NCBI GenBank assembly: GCA_964016885.1
Contig: OZ024756.1
Coordinates: 27,590,001-27,654,000 of the forward strand
DNA length: 64,000 nt
DNA from: Eledone cirrhosa
Taxonomy: Eukaryota
Reading direction: 5' to 3'
Shown in pieces: positions 40,891-55,830 of the stretch. Numbering within the stretch: position 1 is the first letter of the stretch; each line of letters starts with the position of its first letter. The notes under the pieces were generated by a model. It worked only from the letters and a program-made list of their open reading frames with translations. It was not told the DNA's origin and did not search any database. A program made the position numbers and the translations under genes.

Positions 40891-41619
40891 CTATTATTAC
40901 TCCAACAACAATAGACCCCCCCCCCTAAGTACTGATGACAAACAACAATAAGAAGGGGAGCGGGAATAGTAGGTTAATTAAATTAAATATCTTACGTACT
41001 GCTTAGTGAACAACACAGCACCCCTGCACCACCACCACCATCAGCATGCACCACCACCACCGCCACCATATCACCACCATCACCACCACCACCACCACCA
41101 CCATATCACCACCGCAACCATATCACCACCACCAACTCCACCACCACCACCACCATATCACCACCGCAACCATATCACCACCATCACCACCACCACCACC
41201 ACCATATCACCACCGCAACCATATCACCACCACCAACTCCACCACCACCACCACCACCATATCACCACCGCAACCATATTACCACCACCAACTCCACCAC
41301 CACCACCACCACCACCACCATATCACCACCGCAACCATCACCACCACCAACTCCACCACCACCACCACCACCACCATATCACCACCGCAACCATATCACC
41401 ACCACCAACTCCACCACCACCACCACCACCACCACCACCACCATATCACCACCGCAACCATCACCACCACCAACTCCACCACCACCACCGCCATTACCAC
41501 CCCAACCAGCACCCCACCGCCCCCACGACTTTATCACCATCACCCCCACCGCCCCACTACCCTTCCTCTCCTGTTTGATTACAATTGTTCCATTAAAATG
41601 TTTTGAATACAAGTGCATA

Positions 41620-43086
41620 AAACAAACACACATACATATACACTCACACATATACACTTACACACACATATACACACACATATACACTCACACACGCACA
41701 CACTCACACACACACTCACACACATACACACTCACACACACATACTCGTACACACACACACTCACACTCACATACATGCGCACACCCACTCACACATACA
41801 TACTCTCACACATACACAAATAACACACACACATACACACACACTCACACACATACACACTCACACACACATACTCGTACACACACACACTCACACTCAC
41901 ATACATGCACACACACACTCACACATACATACTCTCACACATACACAAATAACACACACTCACACACACACACACTCACACATACTCGTACACACACACA
42001 CTCACACTCACATACATGCGCACACACACTCACACATACATACTCTCACACATACACACTCACACATACACAACTAACACACACTCACACACTCACACAC
42101 TCACAACACTCACACACATACACACTCACACACACATACTCGTACACACACACACTCACACTCACATACATGCACACACACACTCACACATACATACTCT
42201 CACACATACACAAATAACACACACTCACACTCACACACATACACACTCACACACACACACTCACACTCACATACATGCGCACACACACTCACACATACAT
42301 ACTCTCACACATACACACTCACACATACACAACTAACACACACCCACACACTCACACACACACACACACTCACACATACATACTCTCACACATACACACT
42401 CACACATACACAACTAACACACACTCACACACACACACTCACACACACATACTCGTACACACACACACTCACACTCACATACATGCGCACACACACTCAC
42501 ACATGCATACTCTCACACATACACACTCACATATACACAACTAACACACACCCACACACTCACACACACACACACACTCACACACACATACTCGTACACA
42601 CACACACTCACACTCACATACATGCGCACACACACTCACACATACATACTCTCACACATGCACACTCACACACACTCACACACATACACACTCACACACA
42701 CATACTCGTACACACACACACACTCACATACATGCGCACACACACTCACACATACATACTCTCACACATACACACTCACACATACACAACTAACACACAC
42801 TCACACACTCACACACAAACACTCACACACACATACTCGTACACACACACTCACACTCACGCGCTCACACACTCACACATACATACTCTCACACATACAC
42901 AAATAACACACACTCACACATACACACACTCACACACATACACACTCACACACACATACTCGTACACACACACACTCACACTCACATACATGCGCACACA
43001 CACTCACACATACATACTCTCACACATACACACTCACACATACACAAATAACACACACTCACACACTCACGCGGAGACACACACAC
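41620..43086. repeat. Complex (CA)-rich minisatellite
   Basis: Recurrent modules catactcgtacacac, catacatgcgcacac and catacatactctcacac. Confidence 0.95.
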
Positions 43087-43115
43087 ATTTAATTGATTAC
43101 AACATTCTATATATA

Positions 43116-43937
43116 TAAAGATGTGTATACTTTTAAGTTAATGTAAAGAGGTGTATACTTTTAAGATAATGTAAAGATGTGTATACTTTTAAGATAATGT
43201 AAAGATGTGTATACTTTTAAGTTAATGTAAAGATGTGTATACTTTTAAGATAATGTAAAGATGTGTATACTTTTAAGTTAATGTAAAGATGTGTATACTT
43301 TTAAGTTAATGTAAAGATGTGTATACTTTTAAGATAATGTAAAGATGTGTATACTTTTAAGTTAATGTAAAGAGGTGTATACTTTTAAGTTAATGTAAAG
43401 ATGTGTATACTTTTAAGTTAATGTAAAGATGTGTATACTTTTAAGATAATGTAAAGAGGTGTATACTTTTAAGTTAATGTAAAGAGGTGTATACTTTTAA
43501 GTTAATGTAAAGAGGTGTATACTTTTAAGTTAATGTAAAGAGGTGTATACTTTTAAGATAATGTAAAGAGGTGTATACTTTTAAGTTAATGTAAAGATGT
43601 GTATACTTTTAAGATAATGTAAAGAGGTGTATACTTTTAAGTTAATGTAAAGATGTGTATACTTTTAAGATAATGTAAAGAGGTGTATACTTTTAAGTTA
43701 ATGTAAAGAGGTGTATACTTTTAAGTTAATGTAAAGAGGTGTATACTTTTAAGTTAATGTAAAGATGTGTATACTTTTAAGATAATGTAAAGATGTGTAT
43801 ACTTTTAAGATAATGTAAAGATGTGTATACTTTTAAGATAATGTAAAGATGTGTATACTTTTAAGTTAATGTAAAGATGTGTATACTTTTAAGTTAATGT
43901 AAAGATGTGTATACTTTTAAGATAATGTAAAGATGTG
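43116..43937. repeat. 28-bp minisatellite, about 29 copies
   Basis: Unit taaaga(t/g)gtgtatacttttaag(t/a)taatg. Confidence 0.97.
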
Positions 43938-45642
43938 GTGATATGGTGGAGGTGGTGGTGGTGGTGATATGGTGGTAGTGATATGGTGGAGGTGGTGGTG
44001 GTGGTGATATGGTGGAGGTGGTGGTGGTGGTGGTGATATGGTGGAGGTGGTGGTGGTGGTGGTGGTGATATGGTGGAGGTGGTAGTGGTGGTGGTGATAT
44101 GGTGGAGGTGGTGGTGGTGGTGGTGGTGGTGGTGATATGGTGGAGGTGGTAGTGGTGGTGGTGGTGGTGGTGGTGGTGGTGATATGGTGGTAGTGATATG
44201 GTGGAGGTGGTGGTGGTGGTGGTGACATGGTGGAGGTAGTGGCGATATGGTGGTGGCGGTAGTGGTGACGGTGGTGGTGCCGGTAGTGGTGGTGATATGG
44301 TGGTGGTGGTGGTGGTGTTAGTAGTGATGGTGGTGGTGGTGGTGGTGGTGGTGGTGATATAGTGGTAGTGATATAGTGGTAGTGGTTGTGCTGCCGCTGC
44401 TGGAGGTGGTGGTCTTGGTGTTGGTGGTGACAGTGGTGGTGATGGTGGTGTTGGTGGTGACAGTGGTGGTGATGGTGGTGTTGGTGGTGACAGTGGTGAT
44501 GGTGGTGGTGAGGAATCGAATCTCTCGACCGTTTTTCTCTTGTCACTCCGACCGCTGTCATTATTTCGTTTCACATTCAGTTAATTCATTTACACAAATT
44601 TTCTTCCATATTTTCTCTATCATCAAAATCATATTCATTAAGTTACGATGTCTCTGTCCTACCTACATGATGGCTGCAATCTCTGCTAAGAGTATTGCAA
44701 TCGCTTGTCAGATCACAGAGTTCGATACACTTTTATGCAACGGCCAGCCACACGAAATTATAACATACCCTGAACAAGCAATGTCTGTGTTTTGAAGGTT
44801 TTTGTAAGTGGGGAAAGGCCTTGCACTCGACCAGTCCCAATCTCTGAGCATCGATAAAACTACCTGAAAAGGAGAACTGGTTAACATCATCGGATGCTTC
44901 CGATGCCGCAGGTTTTTTTTGTTTTTTAGAGTTTCCCCCTCTCTTAGAAAGATGTGACAACAACTGGGGGCCTTTCACTCCCAGGTGAAAAAAAAAGTAC
45001 TATTTGGATGGCCGTCGACTCTGCTGAGTTCCTCCGCCCTTTTCCGGATCTTGTATTTCATCACCAAGCTAGCTTTGTGGGGTTGCCGATTTAGTCGCCG
45101 ACGACCCGATCATGGGACAGATTATACTGGGTTACATGTTACAAGTAGCACTCAAGAGTGACCCGACATAACATACATACATACATATATATACACACCT
45201 GCATACATACATATATGGTGGCTGCCAACTCGTTTTCGAGTACGGCCACTACTTTATATCCATGTAGGAGAACCCCTACCGATGCGCTCAACGAGTGTGA
45301 CTTTTTAGTCCAGCCAGCAACTTGAAAACTCTGGTACAAACACTACACTTGTGACAATTATTGACACATAGTGCTGGGCCCATGGTACCATGTGACGACA
45401 AGTGCAGAGAGATCTCCAGATATAAAGCAATGCCTGTGTCGTGAAGCTTTTATAGTGTGCAAAGGCACTGCACAAAGCCAGTCCCACTCTCTTAACCAAG
45501 ATGATATTTACCAAAAAGAAGAACAAGTCAACATCATTGGATACCAACAGGGTTGCAGGTGTTATATCAGAGTTTTCCTTCTCCTAGAATTCTGCCTTGA
45601 CAAAGGCTAAGGGGTCATCTCTCTCGGTGATACATACATACA

Positions 45643-45681
<39 letters not shown>

Positions 45682-45954
45682 CCCTACCTACTTCCTTTTC
45701 TACATACCTACCTACAAACCTAATTTCGTATCTACATATCTTCCTAACTTCTTCTTCTTCTTCTTCTTCTTGAGAGGATCGTAGGGGTCCTCAAACACTC
45801 CTTCAGCCGGTTATGTCAGCTGAAACCGTTTCCAACTGGTCCGGCTGGATCCCCCAAGCATGAGCAGTTAAGCTCATGGACGTTATCCAACCATTTGGCA
45901 CGGGATCTACCTCTGGGTGTCAATTAAATAATTTTAGGTCAGAGAAAAGAATTT

Positions 45955-46593
45955 CTTGTAAAGCGCTCAGCCCACACTGTAAATTGGGCGTGATGGTGAT
46001 ACGCACAAGGGCCCAGCCCACACTGTAAAGTGGTCGTGTAGGTGTCACGACAAAAAGCGCTCAGCCCACACTGTAAAGTGGTCGTTATGGTCCACGATAA
46101 AAAGCGCCCAGCCCACACTGTAAAAAGGTTGTGCAGGTGTCACAACAAAAAGTACTCAGTACTCACTGCAAATGAGGTTGGCAATAGGAAGGGCATCCAG
46201 CTGTAGAAACCGAGCCAAATTCAGTTCTGAATGAGCATGACATGGTCACCTGGCCTAGCATTGCCCACAACAGGTATGGTATGGTAATGACCCGTAACTC
46301 CCGAGAAGTCGTATGGGCGACATACAGTATTTCCAGGACATTTTTTAAACCTGGCGGAGCTCATCTCGTCTCTAGGCCTGTATACAGTAGATTTCCTCTT
46401 GAGAAGGATAGAGAGAGTGAGAGAAAGAGAAGTAGAGGAAGAATCGACCCAAGTATTTGACTGGTACTTTTTTTTATCTACAAACCATTCTATCCGATGT
46501 TCTAACGACTCTGCCAATTCACCACCTAGCCAGGACAACTCGTCTAACCCATGCTAGCGTGGAAAAATGGACGTAAAACGGTGATGATGATGA
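45955..46593 (+). mobile_element. Diverged RTE 3'UTR with tandem subrepeats, interrupted by an old SINE (about 46440-46525, minus)
   Basis: cagcccacactgtaaa repeats, ggaagggcatccagctgtagaaac, cccatgctagcgtggaa and a gatgatgat tail. Confidence 0.7.
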
Positions 46594-46689
46594 TTCTCAA
46601 CCCAACCATGGCTTTTTAGCTATGACTATCCTAATTTTCCAGGCATATTTAGTCATTTCTTTTCAAAGTATATCTCATTCTTTACTTAG

Positions 46690-46713
46690 ATATTATTTTA
46701 TTTTATTTTGCAG
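46690..46713 (+). promoter_or_regulatory. Candidate 3' splice acceptor ahead of the GT31 coding exon
   Basis: T-rich tract ttattttattttattttgcag ending at 46713, about 120 nt before the ATG. An alternative acceptor ttttctaatcag lies near 46825. Confidence 0.5.
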
Positions 46714-46832
46714 TTATTTCCTTCATATTTGCTACCGAGGAGAGAAGCTGAAGAATCTGAGAATGTTCGTTTGGAGTAAAATTTACCAGAAATCTTAAGA
46801 TATTTTTTTTCTATTTTCTAATCAGTTTCAAT

Positions 46833-47894
46833 ATGAAACCATTTTACAAACGTGTCAGCCTCTTCACATTTGTATTTATTTGCTGCGCTTTTGCCTACTA
46901 TTTTGGCTACACATCTGTTTTGAACCACACACCTAGAAACCCTTATAATAATAATTCTGTCATAAAGAATTTACAATTAAAATTGAACCTGGTAACTCAT
47001 TCGATGAGGGGAAAGCTTAACCCTCCATTAAAAACATCACCGGTCCAAAACGTTTCTGTCCAAACTAAAAGTACTTGTAAGACATGCGTTCCAAATAACA
47101 TACCGCTTCTGTTGGAGAACAAAGATATTTGCAAAACAGACGCAAAGCGGAAAACACAACTGGATTTGTTTATTATAATTTTCACACAGTTCAAATCGAA
47201 AAATAAACGAAACACTATACGCAACACATGGTTGAACCACAGTAAAAATAACACTGCAAACGTTCGTTACGTTTTTGCTTTCGGTCGTCTGCCAAGTGAC
47301 GTAGAAAACAAAGAGTTGTCGGACGAGGCGAAAATTTATAAAGATATTGTTCAGGGTGATTTCAAGGATTGTTACCGGAACTTGACTTACAAAACGATAA
47401 CAATGTTGGGTTGGGTGAGCAAATATTGTCCTCAGGTGAAACACGTGATGAAAACAGATGATGATATGTGGGTTAACATACCCGGAATAATTAGAACATT
47501 CACAAAAGTTCCCCTAAAAAAGACTGTTGCCGGGGTTTGTCCCTTGACGGCACAACCCATACGTTCTACTAACTCCAAGTGGTATGTTTCCTACGAAGAA
47601 TATTCTAGAGACACATATCCTGGATTCTGTTCAGGTACCGGTTATGTGATGGATATATATACAGCGGCTAGCATTAGCAAAGTTTCTGTGGACGTGCCTT
47701 TTCTTTATTTGGAAGACGTGTACGTAGCTTTGTGTATAGAACATCTGGGTAACGGTTTCCATTTACAACCGACTGGTGGCTTTTATAATTCTAAATATGA
47801 TACGAACAATCTGTGTGATTACCATCAGTGGGTGCTAACTAGCCATTATATGTCCATAAAAGCGATTAAAAATATTTGGAATGCTAAGTGTTAA
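46833..47894 (+). CDS. Beta-1,3-galactosyltransferase 1-like (GT31 family glycosyltransferase), single coding exon, 353 aa
   Basis: Intact ORF with an N-terminal hydrophobic type II anchor (VSLFTFVFICCAFAYYF). GT31 motifs present: RNTIRNTW, DIVQGDFKDCYRNLTYKT, KTDDD (DxD), YPGFCSGTGYVM, LEDVYVALC. Exact orthologue not assignable by eye. Confidence 0.93.
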   Translation: MKPFYKRVSLFTFVFICCAFAYYFGYTSVLNHTPRNPYNNNSVIKNLQLKLNLVTHSMRGKLNPPLKTSPVQNVSVQTKSTCKTCVPNNIPLLLENKDICKTDAKRKTQLDLFIIIFTQFKSKNKRNTIRNTWLNHSKNNTANVRYVFAFGRLPSDVENKELSDEAKIYKDIVQGDFKDCYRNLTYKTITMLGWVSKYCPQVKHVMKTDDDMWVNIPGIIRTFTKVPLKKTVAGVCPLTAQPIRSTNSKWYVSYEEYSRDTYPGFCSGTGYVMDIYTAASISKVSVDVPFLYLEDVYVALCIEHLGNGFHLQPTGGFYNSKYDTNNLCDYHQWVLTSHYMSIKAIKNIWNAKC

Positions 47895-48409
47895 CAGAGA
47901 GAGAGAGAGAGAGTATGTGTGTGTGCGTGTGAAGCGGTTTGATGATGTTTGATTTGAGTTGGCATTTGGAACGAATCAGTTTAGGGATATTTGTTGTTTT
48001 TTGCTATAGAGCAACGAGATGACAAAGAAGCGCACAGGTCTGGGTTGAAGAACATTATTATTATTATTATTATTTTTATTTTGTGCCTAAATCAAATCTT
48101 TCCATTATTTCTGAAATCATTTAAACAACAAAGGCGGCTTGAAAAATCTGTGATTGTAGTTTGTGAAACGAGAAAATTCACAGAAAATCTTTGAGAGGAG
48201 TAGTGACGAAGGCGTCTATGCTATGACTGGAAACCTCACTAGGAAGAATCGAGACGAAGGCGTCTGTTTTATGACTCGAAAAATCTTTGTGAGGAATTGT
48301 GACGAAGACGTCTGTAATATGACTTCAAAAATCACAAAGAGCAGTCGTGACGAACGTGTATGTGCTGATTCCCAAAATTAAAAAGATGTGTGTGAAATGG
48401 AGAGAACGA

Positions 48410-49388
48410 TATTGAGAGAGAGAGAAAAACGATGAGATTGAGAGAGTGAGAGAGAGAGGGGGGAGACGTTGATATTAAGAGATAAAAACAACTAGATTGA
48501 GATTGAGAGAGAGAGAGACGTTGGTATTGAGAGAGAGAGAAAAACGATGAGAGTGAGAGAGAGAGAGGGGGGGAGACGTTGATATTGAGAGAGAAAAAAC
48601 AATTAGATTGAGATTGAGAGAGAGAGACGTTGATATTGAGAGAGAGAGAAAAACGATGAGATTGAGAGAATGAGAGAGAGAGAAAGAGAGAGAGAGAGAG
48701 GGGAGAGACGTTGATATTAAGAGAAAAAAACAACTAGATTGAGATTGAGAGAGAGAGAGAGGGGGGGGGGACGTTGATATTGAGAAAAAAAAAACGATGA
48801 GATTGAGATTGAGAGAGAGAGACGTTGATATTGAGAGAGAGAGAGAAAAACGATGAGAGTGAGAGAGAGAGAGGGGGGGGACGTTGATATTGAGAAAAAA
48901 AAACCAACTAGATTGAGATTGAGAGAGAGAGACGTTGATATTGAGAGAGAGAGAGAAAAACGATGAGAGTGAGAGAGAGAGAGGGGGGGGGGGCGTTGAT
49001 ATTGAGAAAAAAAAACAACTAGATTGAGATTGAGAGAGAGAGAGACGTTGATATTGAGAGAGAGAGAAAAACGATGAGATTGAGAGAATGAGAGAATGAG
49101 AGAGAGAGGAGAGACGTTGATATTAAGAGAAAAAAACAACTAGATTGAGATTGAGAGAGAGAGACGTTGATATTGAGAGAGAGAGAGAAAAACGATGAGA
49201 TTGAGAGAATGAGAGAGAGAGGAGAGACGTTGATATTAAGAGAAAAAAACAACTAGATTGAGATTGAGAGAGAGAGAGACGTTGATATTGAGAGAGAGAG
49301 AAAACGATGAGAGTGAGAGAGAGAGAGAGAGGGGGGGGGACGTTGATATTGAGAGAAAAAAAAACGATGAGATTGAGAGAAAGAGAGA
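48410..49388. repeat. Complex (GA)-rich minisatellite downstream of the GT31 gene
   Basis: Modules gacgttgatattgag, aaaacgatgag and caactagattgagattgag. Confidence 0.95.
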
Positions 49389-49840
49389 TTTCTTCTCGTT
49401 ACATCATTGGCATACGTGAAGTATATATTATGCATGCATTGGGCTTATATGAATTAGGTATAAATGGTGAACATAGCGTGGTCGAATGGTTAAAAGTTTT
49501 GCTTCACAATCATTAGATCTCACGTTTGATCCCATTGCGTGGTATCTTGGGAAAGTGGCATTTATCATCGCTTCGGATCAACCCATACCTTGTGAGTGAG
49601 ATTTGGCAGACAGAAACTTTTTTGGGAGCGTCTCGGATGGACTGTACTTGTAATTCAAAGTGACAGCCATCTCGCAAACGATCACGATAAGTCTGCCCGA
49701 GAATTACGTTAAGAAAATACATATCTCTGGGATACTCAGCCTCATATACGTTAATTTATGCTCTATCCACAAGTATTGAGTGCTCATACGGTTTATTTTT
49801 TAACGATTCAATTATTGTGGTAATCTAAAAATTCATTCTA

Positions 49841-49999
49841 ATATATATATATATATATATTTATTTATATTTATATATATATTTATATATTATTATATTT
49901 ATATATATATATTTATATATATATATACGTTTATATATATATATTTATAGATATATATGTTTATATATATATATATATGATTATATATATATATATGAT

Positions 50000-50030
<31 letters not shown>

Positions 50031-50655
50031 GTTTATATATATATGTTTATATATATATATATGTTTATATATATATATTTATATATATATATGTTTATGT
50101 TTATATATATGTGTTTATATATATATATTTATATATATATATGTTTATATACATATGTTTATATGTATATATGTTTATATATATATATATATATTTATAT
50201 TTATTTATATGTATATATATATATATTTATATATATATTTATATATATACATATTAATATATATATATATAATATATTTATATATATATAATATATATTT
50301 ATATATATAATATATATTTATATATATAATATATGTATATTTATATATATAATATATATTTATATATATAATATATATTTATATATACATAATATATATA
50401 ATATATATATTTATATATATAATATATATATTTATATATATAATATATATATTTATATATAATATATATTTATATATATAATATATATATAATATATATA
50501 TATTTATATAGATTTAAATATAAAGATATATATATTTATATAGATTTAAATATAAAGATATTTATATATAAAGATATATACTATATATATAATATATATA
50601 TTTATATATAAAGATATATATAATATATATTTATATATAAAGATATATATTATAT
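49841..50655. repeat. Degenerate (TA)n array; a second, punctuated TA array lies at 51410-51915
   Basis: Seen directly. The second array has ctgtatatatctatacat spacers. Confidence 0.95.
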
Positions 50656-51441
50656 TGGAGTTCGAAAATTCTTTGTTTTATACGAAAAAAGTGGCTCAGA
50701 TTGCTATTTCTTTATAATGTAATTTGGTTGGTTGATATCTGTTATGTGATCAGGCACAGTAAATTTCACGCCAAAAAAATTGGCTCAAAATTGTATTTAC
50801 GATATTAGGTGGATTGGCAGTATCGGTAGAGGGTCGGACGCCATGCTTCGACGCATAGAGTTATGGCCCTTGCCATTCTGAGTTCAAATCCCGCCGAGGT
50901 TAACTTTGCCTTTCATCCTTACGGAGTCGATGAAATAAAGTACCAGTAATGCACTGGGTAATTGCTGGCCTTGTGCCAAAAGTAGAAATAATTATTTGGT
51001 GAAGATATAGTGCATTTGGCTATTCCGTCAAGGATATTTTGTAGGCGTTTATAAAACATGTACCATACCCTCGGGTCCATTCAATCGATTACCCCCCCCC
51101 CCCCCCCGTCCTACAAATTTACATCCTTCAATTAATATGAGAGATATTTTTTATTGCTTTTGTTGTTATTGTTATTGTACCTATTAATGTGTAACGTTGA
51201 AAGATGGACATAAAATGTGATATTTTATAACAGGGGAATTTGACTCACGATTTGTTCCAAACCGAACATTATAATAAATGTTCGGTAAACCCATACGTAC
51301 ATATATATGTGTGTGCATGTATGTATATATATACATACTACTACATATATATATATATAATATATATATATACATAGACATATATATATATATCATATAT
51401 ATATACATAGACATGTATATATACTGTATATATCTATACAT

Positions 51442-51494
<53 letters not shown>

Positions 51495-51764
51495 CTGTAT
51501 ATATCTATACATTATATATATATATATATATAATGTATATATCTATACATTATATATATATATATATATATATACTGTATATATCTATACATTATATATA
51601 TATATATATATATATACTGTATATATCTATACATTATATATATATATATATATATATATATACTGTATATATCTATACATTATATATATATATATATATA
51701 TATACTGTATATATCTATACATTATATATATATATATATATATATATACTGTATATATCTATAC

Positions 51765-51809
<45 letters not shown>

Positions 51810-51824
51810 TGTATATATCTATAC

Positions 51825-51875
<51 letters not shown>

Positions 51876-52469
51876 TGTATATATCTATACATTATATATA
51901 TATATATATATATATACAGACATATTTTATTTTCTTTCCTATATGTTTTTTTAAAAAATGATATATAAGAAATAAATAAAGCTACTTGAAAAAAAGTAAA
52001 AAGTTGCGAGTGATAAAATTTAAGCTCAATGCGTTTATAAATAAAGAAATAAAGCGAGGAGAATTTTTGATGGTTGTATAAAACAAATTAAGATGATAGA
52101 TATTAACTTCTTACGTAGTTTAATCCTTACATATGTTTCGTTACAAATCTTTTCTTCAAACACAAAACTAGGCAAATGTGATCTTATGGCGTCTCTCTGC
52201 GGAAATGCCTTTGCAGTTTTGGCCGCGGGGTGCAACCGAAACACCTTTCCAACAGAAACACTGTTCCGACTTAGGTATAGAGTCTGTCACCTTCTCCCTT
52301 CTTCCTCTCTTTCTTCCGTGGCCTAATATTCCGTGCTCTTTCTCCCTTATTCTTCTTATTTATGACATTTATAGTCCTTTCCAGCCAGATCGACCCTCCT
52401 TTACTTCTTCCTCATTTTTATTTTCATTACCTAATTTTGTTTTAAACATTAAAAAAAAATATTTTACAT

Positions 52470-52627
52470 CATTGTTCCGTTATAACGAATTTTTCAGTAT
52501 AACGAAATTTTTTTCAATCCCCGGCCACACGCTCGATGTGTTAGCTCGATCTCGTTATAAAGAGTTTTTCGTTACAACGAATCTTTTTTATACCCCGTAA
52601 ATTTCATTATAACGGAATTTCACTGTA
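52470..52627. mobile_element. One end of a Tigger/pogo-like DNA element
   Basis: Terminus ttataacggaatttcactg-ta with multiple cgttataacga subterminal repeats. The partner TIR was not found. Confidence 0.45.
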
Positions 52628-53319
52628 TAACCTTTGTTGTTTGTAAAATATAATTGATCTATAATAATATTAATGATGATAATTATAATAATATAAACAA
52701 TAGGTATAGTGTATATATTTTACACTAGTTGTGTTTAAGAAAAGTTTGTATATCTCCAGATAAAAACTGTTGAGTGCTTTTAATCTGTTGTAAAATTAAC
52801 TTTGTTGAATAATCAACAAACCAAATAACTCATTGTTTATATAATATATATATATATGTATAATTATTATTACTTTCAAAGTAAAGGGTGCCATGAATGA
52901 TACAAAATCAAACATATGTCTTGTCTCTAAAAACAGCTCAAGATAGAATTCAGAGAATAAAATCGAGCCTTAATCATTAAAGAAAGTGATTGAAATATAT
53001 TCATACACAGATAAGTGTGCACTAAGACATATCAAAACATAGAACTAGAGACAATCTACACTGAAAGTAAGACTACATAATATAATTCATTGAGTATCTT
53101 ATTAAATTTAATTTAAAAAATTAAAACGAAATTCCTGATAACGATCAAATATATTTCCCTCATATGTATTCTCCACAAAATCAGAATACATTTCACCAAA
53201 TAATGGCGAAATTAGATATTTTGAAACGGATCATCAGTAAGGGAATTTCAAAATCATTTAATCTCCCTCAATGCAGGGTTGAAAGTGGCTAAATGCACAT
53301 GGTATCAACACATGAATTA

Positions 53320-53354
<35 letters not shown>

Positions 53355-54315
53355 ACAAAGGAAAACAAAAGTGATGAAATTTGGTAAAAATTTGAGAATA
53401 TTATTTTAACAATTTAACTCGAAATTAATAAGTAACGTTTTTAGTTGCGCCGATCTTGAGAAAGAATACAATGATGCTGACAAAAAAAAAAACGACTAAA
53501 ATAAAAGGAAGAAACTCGTAGGAGTGTTTATATACATCATGGCGGCTTGATATTTGTTTAACTTCCTATCGATAGTTCCCTTGATAAAAAGAAAAAGAAG
53601 AAATTCATGAACATTAACATTACTCAGTCTCATTTTCATTTGACGCCCACATTAGACGTTTTATCTGTTCGTCCTTGTATACAATCGATATTTTTCTTTC
53701 GTAAAATTTGATCCACGTTTTTTGAAAAATATATTTTAATTTTCTTTGTATTTGTTTCCATCCATTTAAAAAAAAAACAAAAAAAACTTGTCATCTATAA
53801 AGGATTTTGATTGGTCAGTATGTCTACCACGTGGCCACACTCATACTCACAAGTATGCATCCTTGAATAGAATTTTTGGAAGAAAAAAAAAATTAACAAT
53901 AATGGCTGCTAAATATCATTATTTTCATTATTCAGTACTTTGGGTCGGTGGAGGGTCGGACGCCATGCTTTGTGGTATATAGTTACGCCCCTTTACGTTC
54001 TGAGTTCAAAATCTCGCGCCGAGGTTAGCTTTGCCTTTCATCCTTACGGGGGTCGATAAAATAAAGTACCAGTAATGCACTGGGGTGAGTTTAATAGACT
54101 TTCCTCTCTCCCCAACTTCTTTCCTTCGAATTGCTGGCCTTGTGCCTAAACCAGAAACAATTATTTATGGCTTAATGATTTTTTAGGTAAAGTACTGGAA
54201 TCATTTCACGAGTCGTGAATCCACATTCCATTGAAAATGTGTTGAGTCCCTTGAGCAAGGCATTTAACACTTTATATATATATATTTTGCCCGATGCTTC
54301 ATATCTGTGTGAGAA

Positions 54316-54365
<50 letters not shown>

Positions 54366-54981
54366 CATCACTAATACTACTACTACTACTACTACTACTT
54401 ATACTGCTGCTGTTTTTGCTGCCACATGTTAATGATGTTATAAATTGATGAAATATGAGAAAACGGAAATAAATCAACTGATTATTTTTTTAAAATTTAT
54501 TGATTTCTTTGCTTATCTTTACAAACTGTTGACGTTAATATCTAATATTATTTTGTTTAAGAGCAGTGGATTGGCAGAATCGGTAGAGCGTCGGACGCTA
54601 TGCTTTGCAGCATAGGGTTATGGCCCTTTATGGTCTCAGTTCAAATCCCGCCGAGGTTAACTTTACCTTTCATCCTTACAGGCTCGATAAAATAATGCAC
54701 TAGGATAATTGCTGGCCTTGTGCCAAAAGGAGAAACAATTATTTTGTTTCAAGGCGGTGGATTGGCAGTATCGGTAGAGCGTCAGACACCATGCTTTACA
54801 GCATAGAGTTACAGCCCTTTATGGTCTGAGTTCAAATCCCGCCGAGGTTAACTTTGCCGTTCATTCTTACGGGGCTCGATAAAATGAAGTACCAGTAATA
54901 CACTGAGGTAATTGCTGGCCTTGTGTGTGTTCGTTTCATATGCCAACGCTTCAAGAAGAATCCCGACGTGACGCTTTAAAA

Positions 54982-55468
54982 CAGAGGTTCTCAAAGTGTG
55001 CGCCACCGCCCCTCAGGGGGCGTTGGGGTCAAAGGGGGTGGTAGAGATGATATAATAGTATATTTAAATATCAAATGATATATATTATAAATATAGTAAA
55101 ATAAAAAATATATAATATTTATTTATACATAGTGTATTGGCAGTATCGGTAGAGGGTCGGGCACCATGCTTTGCAGCCAAGAGTTACGGCCCTTTATGGT
55201 CTGAGTTCAAATCCCGCCGAGGTTAACTTTGCCTTTCATCCTTACGGGGTCGATAAAATAAAGTACCAGTAATACACTGATAATTGCTGGCCTTGTGCCA
55301 AAAAGTAGAAACAATTATTTATTATGCATAAATTAACGGTTTTATTTATTTATTATTTACAATTTGCGGAGTAGGCAGGTCTTTCTCAAAATAGGTGTGT
55401 GATGGAGGCACTGAGAGTATAAACGTGGCCGTGGGGTAGATGGAGTGCAAAAAGTTTGAGAACCTCTG
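54982..55468. mobile_element. hAT/Charlie-like MITE with a nested SINE
   Basis: TIRs cagaggttctcaaa and tttgagaacctctg, with a perfect 8-bp TSD ctttaaaa at 54974-54981 and 55469-55476. Confidence 0.9.
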
Positions 55469-55559
55469 CTTTAAAAGGAATTTAAAAGTGCAAATGTTTT
55501 TTTTTTCTGGGCGAAAAATGAAAGACACAGAATACTTGGCGTTTTGGAGACGTATTTCC

Positions 55560-55830
55560 TCTTACAATAATGGAAGAGGAAATAAAAATGTGTATAGGAG
55601 TATAGGAGGAGAATTATGTTGGTACTTCGGTGAAAATTAAATGGAAGAAACTAAATACAAGCGATTAACTTATTGATGTGTTGCTTCATCGCGGAATGGG
55701 GCAGATATCAGTGATCAGAAGTAAAAGGAGGCGGTAGGACTTGATCGTAAAACTAGAAAATTGCTCCCAGTGCATGGAGCCGTTCACCCCAAAAATTGAC
55801 ATTGATCGGTTATATTAAAAACCTTTTGGT
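55560..55830 (+). mobile_element. R4/Dong-like RT C-terminal fragment
   Basis: LDRKTRKLLPVHGAVHPK and DIDRLY. Confidence 0.65.

Noticed and set aside
43116-43937. CRISPR-like appearance of the 28-bp repeat
   Set aside because: The units are contiguous with no unique spacers, there are no cas genes, and the context is eukaryotic.
52035-52244. Possible transposase ORF next to the Tigger-like end
   Set aside because: No recognisable HTH or DDE motif in the translation.
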